DNA of 64,000 nt, taken from the NCBI GenBank assembly GCA_964016885.1, contig OZ024743.1, forward strand, positions 36,146,001-36,210,000. The letters are read 5' to 3'. The translations under genes and the position numbers were made by a program. The notes beneath the pieces are model-generated. The model did not search any database. It had not been told where the DNA came from and saw only the letters and a program-made list of their open reading frames with translations. Shown here piece after piece: positions 38,111 to 53,873 of the stretch; position 1 is the first letter of the stretch; every line of letters starts with the position of its first letter. The DNA comes from Eledone cirrhosa (taxonomy: Eukaryota).

Positions 38111-39135
38111 AGGTTACATCTTTTTTTTCGAACACATATCAAGCACACACACAGACACACACTTGGTTAAATTATGTTACAAATATCAGCTTAATTATAA
38201 GACTATTTTTATATGATCTGAAAATCACAGGCAGTGTTTTTCATTAGAAATATTATAACAATTCGTTACCATTATTTTACCAGTAAATTGGTTTATCAAC
38301 ATCGCGGGAAGATGTAAATTTGATCTCGGTGTGATTCGAAATCGGGACGCAAAGGGACGCAACAAAATACCGATTCTACCAAATAATGATTTCTAGTATA
38401 GGCAAAAGGAGGGGAAAGTCGATGAAATCGACCCCAGTGCATTACAGGGGCTTTATTTTATTTACCTTGTAAAGATGAAAGGCAAAGTTAATCTCGGCAG
38501 GATTTTAACTCAGACCGTAAAGGGCCATAACTCTATGCTGCAAAGTACAGTGTCCGACGCTCTACCGACACTGCCAATATACCGCTCTATAATGTGAATT
38601 AATAATAACAATGATAATGTTTGCTAAGATATAAACAATGATAACATTAATAGTAGATGGAGAGAGAGAGAGAGAGAGAGAGTGTGAGAGAGAGGAAGAG
38701 GAGAGAGAGGGAAGGAGAGAGAGGGAAGGAGAGAGAGAATGATCGTAAAAAGAAAGAAAGATAGAAAGAAAGAACAAACCCAATATATATTCTTTGTGGT
38801 TATGGTTTAGGATGGTACCCGGTAACATGTATATGTATGTAGAAATGATTTCTTTAGTTGTTTGTTTGTGCTTTTGTTGCGGCTTCTGTTTGTCTTTTTT
38901 TCTTTTGTAGTTGTTGTTTGTTATTGTAGTTGTTGTTGTTGTTGAGTGGGTGTTCTTTGTTATTCAGTCGGTTGTGGTGGCAGAAGAAATATGATGTTAT
39001 TTTGTGGTAAAATATTCAATAAAGCCAATTCTGAGACGAGGAAAGATTTCGTTATATATTTACATATCCATTTGAATAAAGATTTTTTTTCATGTGCGTG
39101 GTTTGTTACCCTTTTTGTATATATATATATAATAT

Positions 39136-39242
<107 letters not shown>

Positions 39243-39243
39243 A

Positions 39244-39275
<32 letters not shown>

Positions 39276-39292
39276 GTTTGTGTGTATGTATG

Positions 39293-39376
<84 letters not shown>

Positions 39377-39432
39377 GTAAAATCAATCCCGACTGCGGCG
39401 CTAAGAGGTTTCGACCTTTGTGTTCAGCAAAA

Positions 39433-39500
<68 letters not shown>

Positions 39501-39574
39501 ATGTGATATATTTAATATTTTATATTTATGTATGTATGTATGTATGTATGTATGTATGTATGTATGTATGTATG

Positions 39575-39616
<42 letters not shown>

Positions 39617-39955
39617 ATGTATATATTTTAAAATCGAATAATATTAATAATAATGATGTTGATAAAAAGAAGAAAAAAGAAAACAGGTATTATGTTATAC
39701 AAAGAATTGTTTGTGTAAGCTTTTGTATATAGCCTATAGCTTATGGCTTATGGCTATGTTGGCGGTGAGTGAACGTATAGACTTGACTGAGTGGGGGAGT
39801 GATTCAGAGAGGGAGTGACAACACTAAATAGAACGCTAACAGGGTGAGTGTAACAGAGAGAGAGAGAGAGGGGGGAGGGAGAGGAGGAGGGGGAATTATT
39901 GTTCGGTAAGGAATGGAGTGGGAGTCACGCAGAGCAGTTGTGCAATTAAACATAG

Positions 39956-40016
<61 letters not shown>

Positions 40017-40023
40017 TGTGTCC

Positions 40024-40055
<32 letters not shown>

Positions 40056-40122
40056 CAGAGTGGGAGGCAGAATGGCTGGTTCGTTGAAAGTGGCAGAGCG
40101 GTTCAATGATATTAATATTATT

Positions 40123-40167
<45 letters not shown>

Positions 40168-40168
40168 C

Positions 40169-40200
<32 letters not shown>

Positions 40201-40391
40201 AATATATACACACACACACATATAAACACATATACATAGTATAGTGTTTGCGTGTGTGTTAGACACGTCTATATATAGATTCACATAACAAGCTACCATA
40301 TACAGAGGCATTCATACACATATACTTACTGGCGTTCATATACACAGGCGTAGGCACACACAAAGGTGCAAAGAAGGGGGAGAAATGAAAG

Positions 40392-40429
<38 letters not shown>

Positions 40430-40489
40430 GTGTGTGTGTGTGTAGATGTATATTCGAGCGTTATCTCTCTCTCTCTCTCTCTCTATCTA

Positions 40490-40793
40490 TGAAAGGTGGA
40501 TGAAAGTGGCGAGAATGGCCCGAGTGAATGGGCCTTCTCTCTATATCAGCCTGTAGGTTGAGGAAAAGGAGGAAGAGAGGAAAGGGGTACAAACTCTTCG
40601 TACTCCTGGAGATGAGGGTGGCACATTTTTTCGGGGGTATGTGTTACCCATATGAAATGTCTCCCCTATTGGGGAAAATTGATTAATTTTTAAATTGCAT
40701 TTGTAATAGTATTTTACACGTTTTTATTGTATGTAAACTTCCCCCTTTGTATTTGTCCCCTTCTTTTGTGCCCTTGTGGCTAATAAAGAAACA

Positions 40794-40794
<1 letters not shown>
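40490..40794 (+). mobile_element. 5'-truncated Tx1-family copy at a (TC)n/(TCTA)n tract
   Basis: Near-identical to 25359-25664; followed by (TCTA)n. Confidence 0.85.
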
Positions 40795-40840
<46 letters not shown>

Positions 40841-40841
40841 A

Positions 40842-40903
<62 letters not shown>

Positions 40904-41268
40904 GAGAAGAAAGAAGAGTACTGCGTGGTTGCACATAGGTTACATATGATAAAAACAGTCCTTCGTCAGTGATTTTAGGGTGGTCGGTTTACAGTTATTA
41001 GATCGAGATTTCGATTCCAGGTGACGAGTTGTATCCTTGAGCAAGACAATTTATTTTGTGCCGCTCCAGTTCACTCAACTGGCAAACATGATTGTCTTGT
41101 CACGCTGAATCTCCCTGAGGACTACACAAAAGATCAATCAACGTGTCTGTGGAATGCTCAGCCACTTGCACGTTGATTTACCGAGCAGGCTGTTGTATTG
41201 TTTCGAACAAATGCAATACTAACAATCCCAACAACATCACACACGCACTTGCATGCATATATATACAT

Positions 41269-41352
<84 letters not shown>

Positions 41353-41371
41353 ATGTGTATATATATATAAC

Positions 41372-41428
<57 letters not shown>

Positions 41429-41446
41429 CATGTGTATATATATAAC

Positions 41447-41528
<82 letters not shown>

Positions 41529-41626
41529 TATATATTACATGTATAATTAGTAAAGGTGTAGGAGAGAGAACTGGGGCTGAGAAGGACTAGGAAGAAGAGG
41601 AAGAAATAGGAGAAAAGGGTATAAAA

Positions 41627-41810
41627 TAATTGTTTCTACTTTTGGCACAAGGCCAGCAAAAACCCAGTACATTACTGGTACTTTATTTTATCGACCCCGT
41701 AAGGATGAAAGGCAAAGTTAACCTCGGCGGGATTTGAACTCAGAATGGCAAGGGCCGTAACTCTATGCGTTAAAGCATGGCGTCCGACCTTCTACCGATA
41801 CTGCCAATCC
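41627..41810 (-). mobile_element. Meta/MESC-type SINE with TSD
   Basis: AAGGGTATAAAATAAT on both sides. Confidence 0.9.
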
Positions 41811-42183
41811 AAGGGTATAAAATAATGAGGGAGTAAGAGGAAGTGTATAGTAAGGAGGAGAGGAAAGATGAAAGAGGGAGGAAGAGATTGGGTGGGAGTA
41901 AATATAGAGAAAGAAGGAGGAGGAAGAAATAGAGGGATAGTGTGAATGAGAGGGTGTGTGTATGTGTGTGTATGTGTGTGTGTATGTATGTGTGTGTGTG
42001 TATGTGTGTGTGTATGTATGTGTATGTGTGTGCGTGTACATATTTATATATTATTCTATCTATACATATATGTATGTAAATATGTATGTATGTATATATA
42101 TATATATATATATCACACACGGACATATATGTATATATATATATATATAATATATATTACGCACACACACGCGCATATATATG

Positions 42184-42218
<35 letters not shown>

Positions 42219-42260
42219 TACACACACACACACGGATATATATATATATATATATATGTG

Positions 42261-42353
<93 letters not shown>

Positions 42354-42367
42354 CATATTACACACAC

Positions 42368-42398
<31 letters not shown>

Positions 42399-42412
42399 AT
42401 ATAATACATATT

Positions 42413-42465
<53 letters not shown>

Positions 42466-42887
42466 AATATACATATACATATGTATACATATATGTATAT
42501 ATATATATATATATGAGAGAGAGAAAAAAAGAGATGGAATAAGAGACAGATACAAACATAAGATGGTGTAATATATGCACATTAATTGAGCGGGATATCG
42601 GGATATAGAGGAAGTGTATGTTTATGTTCAGAAGGGGGGGGGGGCTCGTGTATGTGTGTGTGAGTGTGTGTGAATGTGTGAGTGTGAGTGTGTGTGTGTG
42701 GGTGGGGGGGGGGGGCGTGTGTGTGTGTGTGAGTGTGTGTGAATGTGTGAGTGTGAGTGTGTGTGGGGGGAGTGTGTGTGTGTGTGAATGTGTGTGTATG
42801 CGCTACAACCACCATCATCACCACCATTACCATCACCACCCTCACCACCACCATCACCACTATCCCCCCCACCACCACCATCACTAA

Positions 42888-42921
<34 letters not shown>

Positions 42922-43819
42922 TCCGTAATACCACTAATGCCATCCTCCTCCATCTCCACTCCCTGTAATCTCCATTACACCACCACCGGCATCATTAGTA
43001 TACTACCGCCACCTTAACCCACCCCCCACCACCAATACCATCATCAGCTCACACTCACCCCCTTCCTGCCGCCACTGATACCTCCCCCACCATCACTACT
43101 ACCACCACCACCACTACAACCAACACCATCATCGGCACCTCCCCGCCTCCGCCACTACAACGGCCAATTCCGAAGTACCGCAAATACTATCACCATCGCC
43201 GTCCCCCCATCTCTATTACATAACCACCCCCCACCACCGTCACCACCACCATCATCTCTACCGCCGCCACCACCCCCATCATCACTACCGCCGCCATCAC
43301 CACCACCATCATCACTACCGCTGCCATCATCACTGCCGTCGCCACCTAACGCCGCCGCCTAAGATCAGTTCCGATATACCGCTAACACCGCCACCACAAC
43401 CCGCTATTACGTCACCCTCAACGCCACCACCTACCCCCACCACCTACCCTCAGCATATCCTCCCCACCACCACCATCTACATCCAGCATGTCCCTACCAC
43501 TAACCTTAATCACCCCCACTCCCATCGGCTGCTACCATCTAATAAATATACACCACTTCTGCCGACACCACACCGCCATCAAATAAATAAATTAAACACA
43601 CGCACACACACACGTACACACACACATATATACACATACACAAACATACAACATACACGGATACACTGACGTATATGCATACGTACACACACACATATAT
43701 TCACTCGCGCAGATACACATGCACATATACGCACACTCTCGAACATACGTGAAAATGCACAAATACATAGATATATGCTCGAATTTACATACATATACAT
43801 GCACATAAGAATAGACATT

Positions 43820-43936
<117 letters not shown>

Positions 43937-44261
43937 TGACATACATACGCATATGCACACAGAAACACACAAATAAATGCACAAACTATCATATACATAG
44001 ACACACACATACACATACACACGCATACACGCACATCGATATATGCTCATATACATACACACGCCCATAATACACATGCCTATGCATATACACGCACACA
44101 TACTCCCGCACACACACACACACACATAAACTTCCTCTTTCGTCCACATGTCTCTTTCTATATCACTTTTATCCATGATATATACTCTCTCTCTCCCTCT
44201 CTCTCTCTAATATCCATGATATATATCTCTCTCTCACTGTCAATCACTTTCAACAAAGTTT

Positions 44262-44305
<44 letters not shown>

Positions 44306-44489
44306 TCTCTCTAATATCTATGATATATAATCTATACCTCTCTCTCTCTCTTTCTGTCTCTGTCTGTCTCCCCTCTCTTTCTCTCTCGCTCTCTCTCTCT
44401 CTCACTCTTCCTCCTCTACCACCTCTTCTCTAACCCTCAGTTTCTATCTCCTTCTCTCCCCTCTGTCTCTCAGTCTGTATGCTTCTCTC

Positions 44490-45805
44490 TGGTGCAGTTG
44501 GCGGTGGCGGTGGTGGTGGTACTGTTGGCGGTGGTGGTGGTGATGGTGATTGTGGGGGTAGTAGTGATGGTGGTGGTGGTGCTGTTGGCGGTGGTGGTGG
44601 TGCTGTTGGCGGTGGTGGTGGTGGTGGTACTGTTGGCGGTGGTGGTGGTGATGATGATTGTGGTGGTGGTAGTGATGGTGGTGGTGGTGCTGTTGGCGGT
44701 GGTGGTGATGGTGGTACTGTTGGCGGCGGTGGTGGTGGTGATGGTGGTAGTGGTAGTGATGGTGGTGGTGGTGGTGGTGGTGGTGATGGTGATTGTGGTG
44801 GTGATGGTGGTGATGGGGATTGTGGTGGTGCTGTTGGTTGTGGTTGTGGTGGTGGTGATGATGATTGTGGTGGTGGTAGTGATGGTGGTGGTGGTGCTGT
44901 TGGCGGTGGTGGTGATGGTGGTACTGTTGGCGGTGGTGGTGGTGGTGATGGTGGTAGTGGTAGTGATGGTGGTGGTGGTGGTGGTGGTGATGGTGATTGT
45001 GGTGGTGATGGTGGTGATAGGGATTGTGGTGGTGCTGTTGGTGGTGGTTGTGGTGGTGGTGGTGATGTTTGTGGTGGTGGTGATGTTGGTAATAGTGGTG
45101 GTGATGTTGGTGGTGGTGGTAGTGGTGGTGGTGGTGGTAGTGGTGGTGGTGGTAGTTGTGGTGGTGGTAGTGGTGATGGTGATGGTGGTGATGGGGATAG
45201 TGTTGGTGGTGGTGGTGATGGTGATGGTGGTGGTGGTGGTGGTGGTAGTGGTGTTAGTGATGGTGGTAGTAGTAGTAGTGGTGATGGTGGTGGTAGTAGT
45301 GGTAGTGGTGATGGTGGTGGTAGTAGTGGTCGTGTTGATGGTGGTGGTAGTAGTGGTCGTGGTGATGGTGGTGGTAGTAGTGGTAGTGTTGATGGTGGTA
45401 GTAGTAGTGGTCGTGGTGATGGTGGTGGTAGTGGTGGTCGTGGTGATGGTGGTGGTAGTAGTGGTAGTGGTGATGGTGGTGGTAGTAGTGGTAGTGGTGA
45501 TGGTGGTGGTAGTAGTGGTCGTGGTGATGGTGGTGGTAGTAGTGGTAGTGGTGGTAGTAGTGGTAGTAGTGTTGATGGTGGTGGTAGTAGTGGTAGTGTT
45601 GATGGTGGTGGTAGTAGTGGTCGTGGTGATGGTGGTGGTAGTGGTGGTCGTGGTGATGGTGGTGGTAGTAGTGGTAGTGGTGATGGTGGTGGTAGTAGTG
45701 GTAGTGGTGATGGTGGTGGTAGTAGTGTTGATGGTGGTGGTAGTAGTGGTAGTGGTGATGGTGGTGGTAGTGGTGGTCGTGGTGATGGTGGTGGTAGTGG
45801 TGGTT
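44490..45805. repeat. Degenerate (GGT)n/(GAT)n/(AGT)n low-complexity array
   Basis: Direct reading; a related CAC-rich tract lies at 42805-43580. Confidence 0.9.
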
Positions 45806-46017
45806 ATATCTAATGTCTACAATTGTGGTCATTATAACGTCGTTTGCTATGGACTCACTATTGATTGCAGAAGACAGACGCAGCACTTTTGCCGCCACAT
45901 ACATACATGTGTATATACGAGCTTACACAAGCACAAATATGGTGCGTGTATACTGAAGCGTATATGTGTGTATACAAGTTTGCACAAACATGCACACACA
46001 CACACACACACATAGAG

Positions 46018-46049
<32 letters not shown>

Positions 46050-46206
46050 CTGTGTGTATATATATATGTACATGTATATATATATATATATATAGTTATG
46101 TAATAAACACCATTATGTTGTTTATTACATAACTATTAAGCTCTGTAACCTACATAGAGCACTCTTTTTTCCTGGACTTTTCGACGGAATTACTTCACAC
46201 ACACAC

Positions 46207-46270
<64 letters not shown>

Positions 46271-46294
46271 GTAAATACACACATACACACACAT

Positions 46295-46375
<81 letters not shown>

Positions 46376-46439
46376 TGTGTGTGTCTTTGAGTTGCTCAGT
46401 AAAGTATTCAGTACATTAGTAGTGAAGATTCATATTTAT

Positions 46440-46565
46440 TTCATATAGAAATTACTTCTACATGACTAGAACAGTTTCATTGGTTTGAAAGGATCAGGAA
46501 TGTCATTTCTGATGATTTCAAAGAAACGAAAGAGTTGTAGTCATGTAGAAGTCATTCATATATGA
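46440..46565 (+). mobile_element. Diverged family C fold-back element with hammerhead core (46506-46550)
   Basis: UUU CUGAUGA UUUC-AAA-GAAAC GAAA..GUA GAA, with the inverted arm at 46443-46500. Confidence 0.55.
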
Positions 46566-46926
46566 AATATATATAAAAACTAACTGGCATTCTATCGATT
46601 ACAACAACGAGTTTTCCAGTTGATACTATCAACGGAACAGCCTGCTCGTACAATTAATGTGCAAACAAGGCCAGATGTATTGGAAGCCGGTCTGAGCGAC
46701 TGCACTGGTCACACCTCATCAAACAAGGGTACAACTCCGAAGAAGGCTCCCCCCACACACCTCTTTCATGTAGGACCCCTCTTCCAACAGAGCTACTGCT
46801 ATCTTTTAATAACGGAGACCTGATCATAAACAATTTTATCTTTTGATGCCACTTTTGTGACAATTTATCAACATTTCTTTACTTTAGCAACACCAGTTGA
46901 CGAAAGTAAGTGTAGCTGCTGTCTAT

Positions 46927-47010
<84 letters not shown>

Positions 47011-47211
47011 TGGGAATGAGTGTATGTATGTGTATCTTAAGATTATCAATGATGGTGGCTGATGTGTATATATATTTATGTGTGTGCATGTGGGGTTATA
47101 TGCACGTGTGTACACAATGACAGGGGATTGATGCATTTGAAAAAATTCAAATGTTTCCTTCTCTATTCGATCACTGCTACACACACACACACACACACAC
47201 ACAGACACACA

Positions 47212-47248
<37 letters not shown>

Positions 47249-47253
47249 TTATA

Positions 47254-47353
47254 CGGGATGTCCCCAAAAAATGTACACACACTTCAACAGCATTCTAATA
47301 AATATTGCCTGTACAGGTAATCAAAGTGTGTATACATTTTTGGTGATACCCTG
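47254..47353. mobile_element. 100-bp Tc1/mariner-type MITE with TA flanks
   Basis: TA|CGGGATGTCCCCAAAAAATGTACACACACTT ... AAGTGTGTATACATTTTTGGTGATACCCTG|TA; imperfect ~31-bp TIRs. Confidence 0.75.
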
Positions 47354-47654
47354 TATATACATACATGTATATGAGCGCATGCACGCGTGTGCGTGTGAGT
47401 GTGTATGTGTGAGTGTGTGTGTGTATATGTGTATGTATGTATGTGTATAGGCACACACATATAAGTACATAAGCACACTTAGCCGCACAAACCGGCAGAC
47501 GCAGAGAAAGAGAGAGTGTGAAATGAAAGGGAAGAAAATTTAGATAGTGACCTTATCAGATGTGTGTGAAAGTGTGTTTACATGTGTATGTGTGTGTATG
47601 TACGTGTGTTGTGTGAGCATGTGTGTGGGTGTGTGTGAATGTGTGAGTGTGTGA

Positions 47655-48481
47655 GTGGTGGTAGTGGTGGTGGTGGTGGTGGTGGTGGTGGCGGTAGTGG
47701 TGGTGGTAGTGGTAGTGGTGGTGGTGGTAGTGGTGGTGATAGTGGTGGTAGTGGTGGTGGTGGTGGTAGTAGTGGTGGTGATAGTGGTGGTAGTGGTGGT
47801 GGTGGTGGTGGTAGTGGTGGTAGTGGTGGTGATAGTGGTGGTAGTGTCGGTGGTGGTGGTGGTAGTGGTGGTAGTGGTGGTGATAGTGGTGGTAGTGGTG
47901 GTGGTGGTGGTGGTGGTGGTGGTAGTGGTGGTGCTGGTAGTGGTGGTGATATTGGTGGTAATGGTGGTGGTGGTAGTGGTGGTGGTGGTAGTGGTGGTGA
48001 TAGTGGTGGTGGAGGTGGTAGTGATAGTGGTGGTAGTGGTGGTGGTGGTGGTGGCAGTGGTAGTGGCGGTGATAGTGGTGGTAGTGGTGGTGATAGTGGT
48101 GGTAGTGGTGGTGGTAGTGGGATGGTGGTGGTGGTGATAGTGGCGGTGGTGGTGGTGGTGATAGTAGTGGTGGTGGTGGTGGTGATAGTGGTGGTGGTGG
48201 TGGTGATAGTGGTGGTGGTAGTGGTGGTGGTGGTGGTGGTGGTGATAGTGGTGGTGGTGGTAGTGGTGGAGATAGTGGTGGTGGTGGTAGTGGTGATGGT
48301 GGTGTTGGTAGTGGTGGTAGTGGTGGTGGTGGTAGTGGTGGTAGTCGTGGTGGTGGCAGTGGTGGTAGTAGTGGTGGTGGTAGTGGTGTTGGTAGTCGTG
48401 GTGGTGGCAGTGGTGGTAGTAGTGGTGGTGGTGGTGGTGATAGTGGTGGTGATAATGGTGGTGGTTTTGATAGTGGTGGTG
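47655..48481. repeat. (GGT)n/(AGTGGT)n array abutting a SINE head (48485-48556, minus strand)
   Basis: Direct reading. Confidence 0.9.
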
Positions 48482-49153
48482 AACATTTGAACTCAGATCG
48501 TAAAGGGACGTAACTATGCTGGAAAACATGGCGTCCAACCCTCTACCGATACTGCCCTGATCACACCAAGGAAACAATGCTTCCATTGATCTTTCCGATG
48601 CTCATCTTATCTGCCGCCAGCAGTGCCTAGCACAACGAGCAACATGGAATAAAGTATATTGGCGAAGAATAAGCACCCCCCCGGTCCAGAAATGTTGTCT
48701 ATGGCCACATAATTGTGACTTTGACACCGTAAAATGTTGAAGGTCATGTGACTTCATCATAGTTTAATGTAAGAACCTTTGATAAGTTCTGTTTTAAATG
48801 CCAAATAAATAACGAGAAAGTTAGATATATTACTAAATTCCTTCAAATACTTCATTATTTTCGAAATTATTTGAAAATCAAAGCAGTGTCTTTCATTAGG
48901 AATATGGTAACAAAAGGGTCCTTACAATATTCAAATCATTCCTCACTATACATGCCGAATACGAAGGTCCATCTCACTTTTTTCCTTAATATTCTGAGGT
49001 AATATATTAATGAAATTCGGAGAATTTCATGTTTTACAGTTCGACAGTTCGACAGTTTATTGAACTCCATTGTGTCGAAATAAAAATTTGAAAATTACTG
49101 TTCCTTGTTTGATTACCTACACACATATGGAAATAAACAAGACACGACAGAAA

Positions 49154-49341
49154 TAATTGTTTCTACTTTTGGCACAAGGCCAGCAATTACCCAGTGCATT
49201 ACTGGTACTTTATTTTATCGACTCCGTAAGGATGAAAGGCAAAGTTAACCTCGGCGGGATTTGAACTCAGAATGGCAAGGGCCGTAACTCTATACGTCAA
49301 AGCATGGTGTCCGACCCTCTACCGATACTGCCAATCCACCG
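49154..49341 (-). mobile_element. Meta/MESC-type SINE
   Basis: Full consensus; CAGAAATAAT repeated at both flanks. Confidence 0.9.
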
Positions 49342-49689
49342 CAGAAATAATGGCAGTTAGTTCCGTAGAAGAGCTCGACCGACTTTTATGCTGCATATTA
49401 TTTAAATTCGCCCCTCTATGAACCCCCTTTCTTTTTACCAAACCATCTGAAGCTACCCATCGATCTATAAAGGAGGAAAAATCCATAAAAATGTAAAATA
49501 TATCTTATACAACTTTGAGACACATAGTCAGACAGCATGTCTTATAGTAGCATAGATCTATCTAATTCTACTTCCAGTATGCAGGAAATGTTGCAATCTG
49601 GATGCCTGCAACTAGAGAAGGTAACATTTGGGGCAGGATATACACCGGGCTTTCACAGATGCACACTGATAAGGCCACAAACCACAGTC

Positions 49690-49753
<64 letters not shown>

Positions 49754-49757
49754 ATGA

Positions 49758-49842
<85 letters not shown>

Positions 49843-49885
49843 CAGAAAGAGAGCGAGAGCGAGAAAGATACATAGATATATAGAC

Positions 49886-49936
<51 letters not shown>

Positions 49937-50087
49937 CACACATATACGGTATATGTGTATACATAAATATGTATTTTCAGATATGTTGTAAAACTAATGT
50001 GGTTCTGTGGAAAAGCAACCAGAGTTAGATTTATAGCTGCTAAATAGTTGAGGATAACAAATCGATCGCAGACAGATATCATGACGT

Positions 50088-50218
<131 letters not shown>

Positions 50219-50526
50219 TGTGTGTGTGGTGAGAAGTTATTACCATATTTCTAATGAATGACATTTGTTGCGATTTTCAAATCAAAAAATTTAAATACTA
50301 TCGCGAATTTGACGGATGTTGTCATATAACTAATGTTTTAATTATAAACCTGAGACTTGGAACAAACTAAACACAGATTCTTACATAAAGTTAAGATGAA
50401 AGAGTTTTAGATAAATATATACACTTTAAAATAAAGAACATTCTATCGGTTTCAGACGCCTATAATTTTCAAATAATTTTGACAATAATTAAATATTTGG
50501 CAGGATTTTATTATATAACTAACGTT

Positions 50527-50988
50527 AGGGCGGTGGATTGGCAGTATCACGGCATAGAGTTTCAGCCCTTTACGTTCTGAGTTCAAATCCCGCCGAGGTT
50601 AACTTTGTCTTTCATCCTGACGGGGTCGATAAATAAAGCACCAGTAACGTACTGGGGATGATTTAATCGACTTTCCCCTCCCCTTCAAATTGCTGGCCTT
50701 GTGCCTATATAAGAAACCATCATTATAAGGGTGGTGGATTGCTAGAATGGTTTGAGTTTGTCAAAATGCTTTGAGGCATTTATTCCGGCTCTTTACGTTT
50801 GGAGTTCAACCCTCGCTGAGGTCAACATTGCATTTTATTCCTCTAAATAGACTTCAGAGGAGAAACGATTGGTTCGGACTCTGCTAAGTAAAAGATACGC
50901 ATGGAAAATCATTTACGCCTGGGGTCGATTTAATCGACTCTCCCCTCTCCTTCGAATTGCTGGCCTTGTGCCTAAAATAGAAACAATT
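50527..50988 (+). mobile_element. Tandem SINE dimer within one 16-bp direct repeat
   Basis: TTATATAACTAACGTT at 50511-50526 and 50987-51002. Confidence 0.75.
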
Positions 50989-51661
50989 ATATAACTAACG
51001 TTTTCTTCTTTAACTAACGTTTTCTTCTGTTTGGAACATAACATAACAAAGGTTCTTACATAAAATTATGATGGAAGGTTTTTACATACCTTAAAATATA
51101 GAGCGTTCGATTATAAAACTAGAGGTTGTTTCAGGCGGTTTGCTATCAAATGAGTTGAAGTATGACAGATGCAGATGTTATTATTGATTTTGTTTAGTCT
51201 AAGGTCAACCCTGTTCCAAGTTGTCTGGCTGCTATAATCGTAAATAGTAAATATAATATCGGTACTAATAGCAACAGATATCTATGTTAGTATGTTGTTG
51301 TGTTTGTGTATGTTATTGAAAACTATTTCTATACTAGGTCATTATCAACGTTATTTTCTCATCACTCTCTTCTCAAACGACACTCTCTTCTCAAATGACA
51401 TTCTCCTTCTCAGATAGTTTGATCTGCTGCTCTCATTTCTTCTGTCTCAGCGTATCCTAACTTCTCTCTCACTCACGTTTCTTCCCTGATAAAGGACTAT
51501 CATCCGATACGGTGAAGACACTTCTTTTTTCCATTTACCACAAGCATTAACCTACTAACACTTTTTGTACATTGCTCCACTTTTGTTTTTATTATTTTTC
51601 CTTGTTAACCTTGCACTACACACACATACACTATCCCCCCCCCTCTCTCTTCCCATCCCCC

Positions 51662-51724
<63 letters not shown>

Positions 51725-51729
51725 GTCTG

Positions 51730-51820
<91 letters not shown>

Positions 51821-51822
<2 letters not shown>

Positions 51823-51995
51823 CGGAGGAGTTGTGGTAAGGGATCAGATGGACCATAACGCACCAGAGTACTCAATACTTAGTATAGTAGAGTGGGTAAT
51901 AGGAGAAAGTATGACCCGACGGCGCAGAGCTCAAGCCGTTTCGACGGCTATTTCTGGACTAAAGTTCAGAAATAGCCGTCGAGATCATACTTTCT

Positions 51996-51998
<3 letters not shown>
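51821..51998 (-). mobile_element. Fold-back pLTR element, family B
   Basis: Shared tail; arms TAGGAGAAAGTATGA/TCATACTTTCTCCTA. Confidence 0.7.
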
Positions 51999-52071
<73 letters not shown>

Positions 52072-52131
52072 CAGTAATGTGCACAGTGTAAATACAAGTA
52101 AGCAGGAACGAAGTCAAGGCTGAACTTTAAT

Positions 52132-52201
52132 GCATATAACAATTTTTTCGATATCGATCAACTCAGGGTTTGACTCGGCAGCGACATCTCATCAGATATG
52201 C
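52132..52201 (-). ncRNA. Hammerhead ribozyme motif with extended stem II
   Basis: GCAUAU CUGAUGA GAUGUCG..CGAUAUC GAAA AAAUUG UU AUAUGC; 6-bp stem I and 7-bp stem II. Confidence 0.8.
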
Positions 52202-52304
52202 GTTCGTAGGCACAGAACACACTGAAGCTGTTGAAAGAGGTCAAATAATTCTTTTATGTACTTATTGTGAGGTATGTGAAGGAGGGAGATGTGTGTGTGT
52301 GTGT

Positions 52305-52367
<63 letters not shown>

Positions 52368-52639
52368 ATCGAAGATATGTCTGTGTTTGTGTTCAATCTT
52401 TTTATTAAAATTCTACATATTTCTTAATAAATCGTTTTTTTTTTAAATATTTAGTTTGGAGCAATAACATTTCAAAGTCCATTAACATTTCTAGACTCTC
52501 AATAGTATCTTCTAAATCGCAATGTTGATGATAATAACCCATCTTTATATATTTCTGTCTTGGTAATAATATGTCATGGTATCTTGGTAGGGATGGTGTA
52601 ACTGGTATAGTCACCGGTTTTATTATTTGTGTAATTATT

Positions 52640-52858
52640 AGGGCGGTGGATTGGCAGTATCGGTAGAGGGTCTGACGCCATGCTTTGCAGCATAGTTACG
52701 GCCCTTTATGATCTGAGTTCAAATCCCGCCGAGGTTAACTTTGCCTTTCGTCCTTACGGGGTCGATAAAACAAAGTACCAGTCACGCACTGGGGTCGATT
52801 TAATCGACTTTCCCCTTCTCCAAAATTGCTGGCCTTGTGCCTATATAAGAAACCATTA
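52640..52858 (+). mobile_element. Meta/MESC-type SINE
   Basis: Full consensus; TTATTTGTGTAATT repeated at both flanks. Confidence 0.9.
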
Positions 52859-53391
52859 TTTGTGTAATTGTTAACTCCTGGCTACGTTCATAGGTTACTT
52901 ATGACACGGATGCTGAATCTGAGTATTGAACCTTTGCTTGTATTTTTCTAGTAATAAAGCTGCATTAGCTAATCATGTGAGGGCGAACAGCCTTGTAGTT
53001 ATGGCGTTGGGTTTACAATGGTAATATCGTGGTTTCGATTTGTGAACTACGAGACACATTGTTTTATTGAGCAAAATACTTCATTTCATGTTGCCTCAGT
53101 CCACTCAGCTAACCGGCTTGATGAACTTCCCAGACTGAAACAGATTTTAACCAGATCTAATTAGCTAGCGTTTTGATGGAATTCAGTATAGGATGCTACT
53201 GTACTTAGCTAATGCTTTATTATTTACTATCAATTTTTTCTTCTACCTTGTAATGTACTGTAACTACTTGTAAATATTTATGTATATTTACATATTTGAA
53301 TATAAAGACATACCTACCTACTTAGCTAGCTAATACCTATCTACATATCTACCTACCTATCTACATACATACATAGTTAACATACAGGCAC

Positions 53392-53423
<32 letters not shown>

Positions 53424-53690
53424 GACATGATGACTGAAAACCGATTTCCAGTAATGCCAACGCTTAATAGTTAAACATGAGTATCATTGACGTGGCTTTT
53501 TAGTCTTGCTAGGGACTTGCCTATGGCCAGCAATACCATGCATCGCAAAAAAAAAAGAAAAAAAAAGTCACATATCAAGCGATGCCTGTGGGTGAAGTTT
53601 TTTTAAGCGAGGAAAGGCTTTGCACGGAGTCAATCCAGCTCTCTGAATGTCGAATGCATTTACCCAAAAAGAAGAACTGGTCTACATTAT

Positions 53691-53873
53691 GTGGATTGGC
53701 AGTATCGGTGGAGGGTCGGACGCCATGCTTTCCAGCATAGTTACGTCCCTTTACGATCTGAGTTCAAATCCCGTCGAGGTTAACTTTGCCTTTCATCCTT
53801 ACGGGGTCGATAAAATAAAGTACCAGTAATGCACTGGTAAATTGCTGGCCTTGTGCCTAAAGTAGAAACAATT
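53691..53873 (+). mobile_element. Meta/MESC-type SINE nested in an RTE-derived element
   Basis: Full consensus; the flanks match 55175-55460. Confidence 0.85.

Noticed and set aside
44479-48490. Gly-rich, His-rich or Pro-rich structural protein ORFs
   Set aside because: (GGT)n arrays are open in several frames on both strands, with no signal peptide or unique domain; an exon cannot be fully excluded without RNA data
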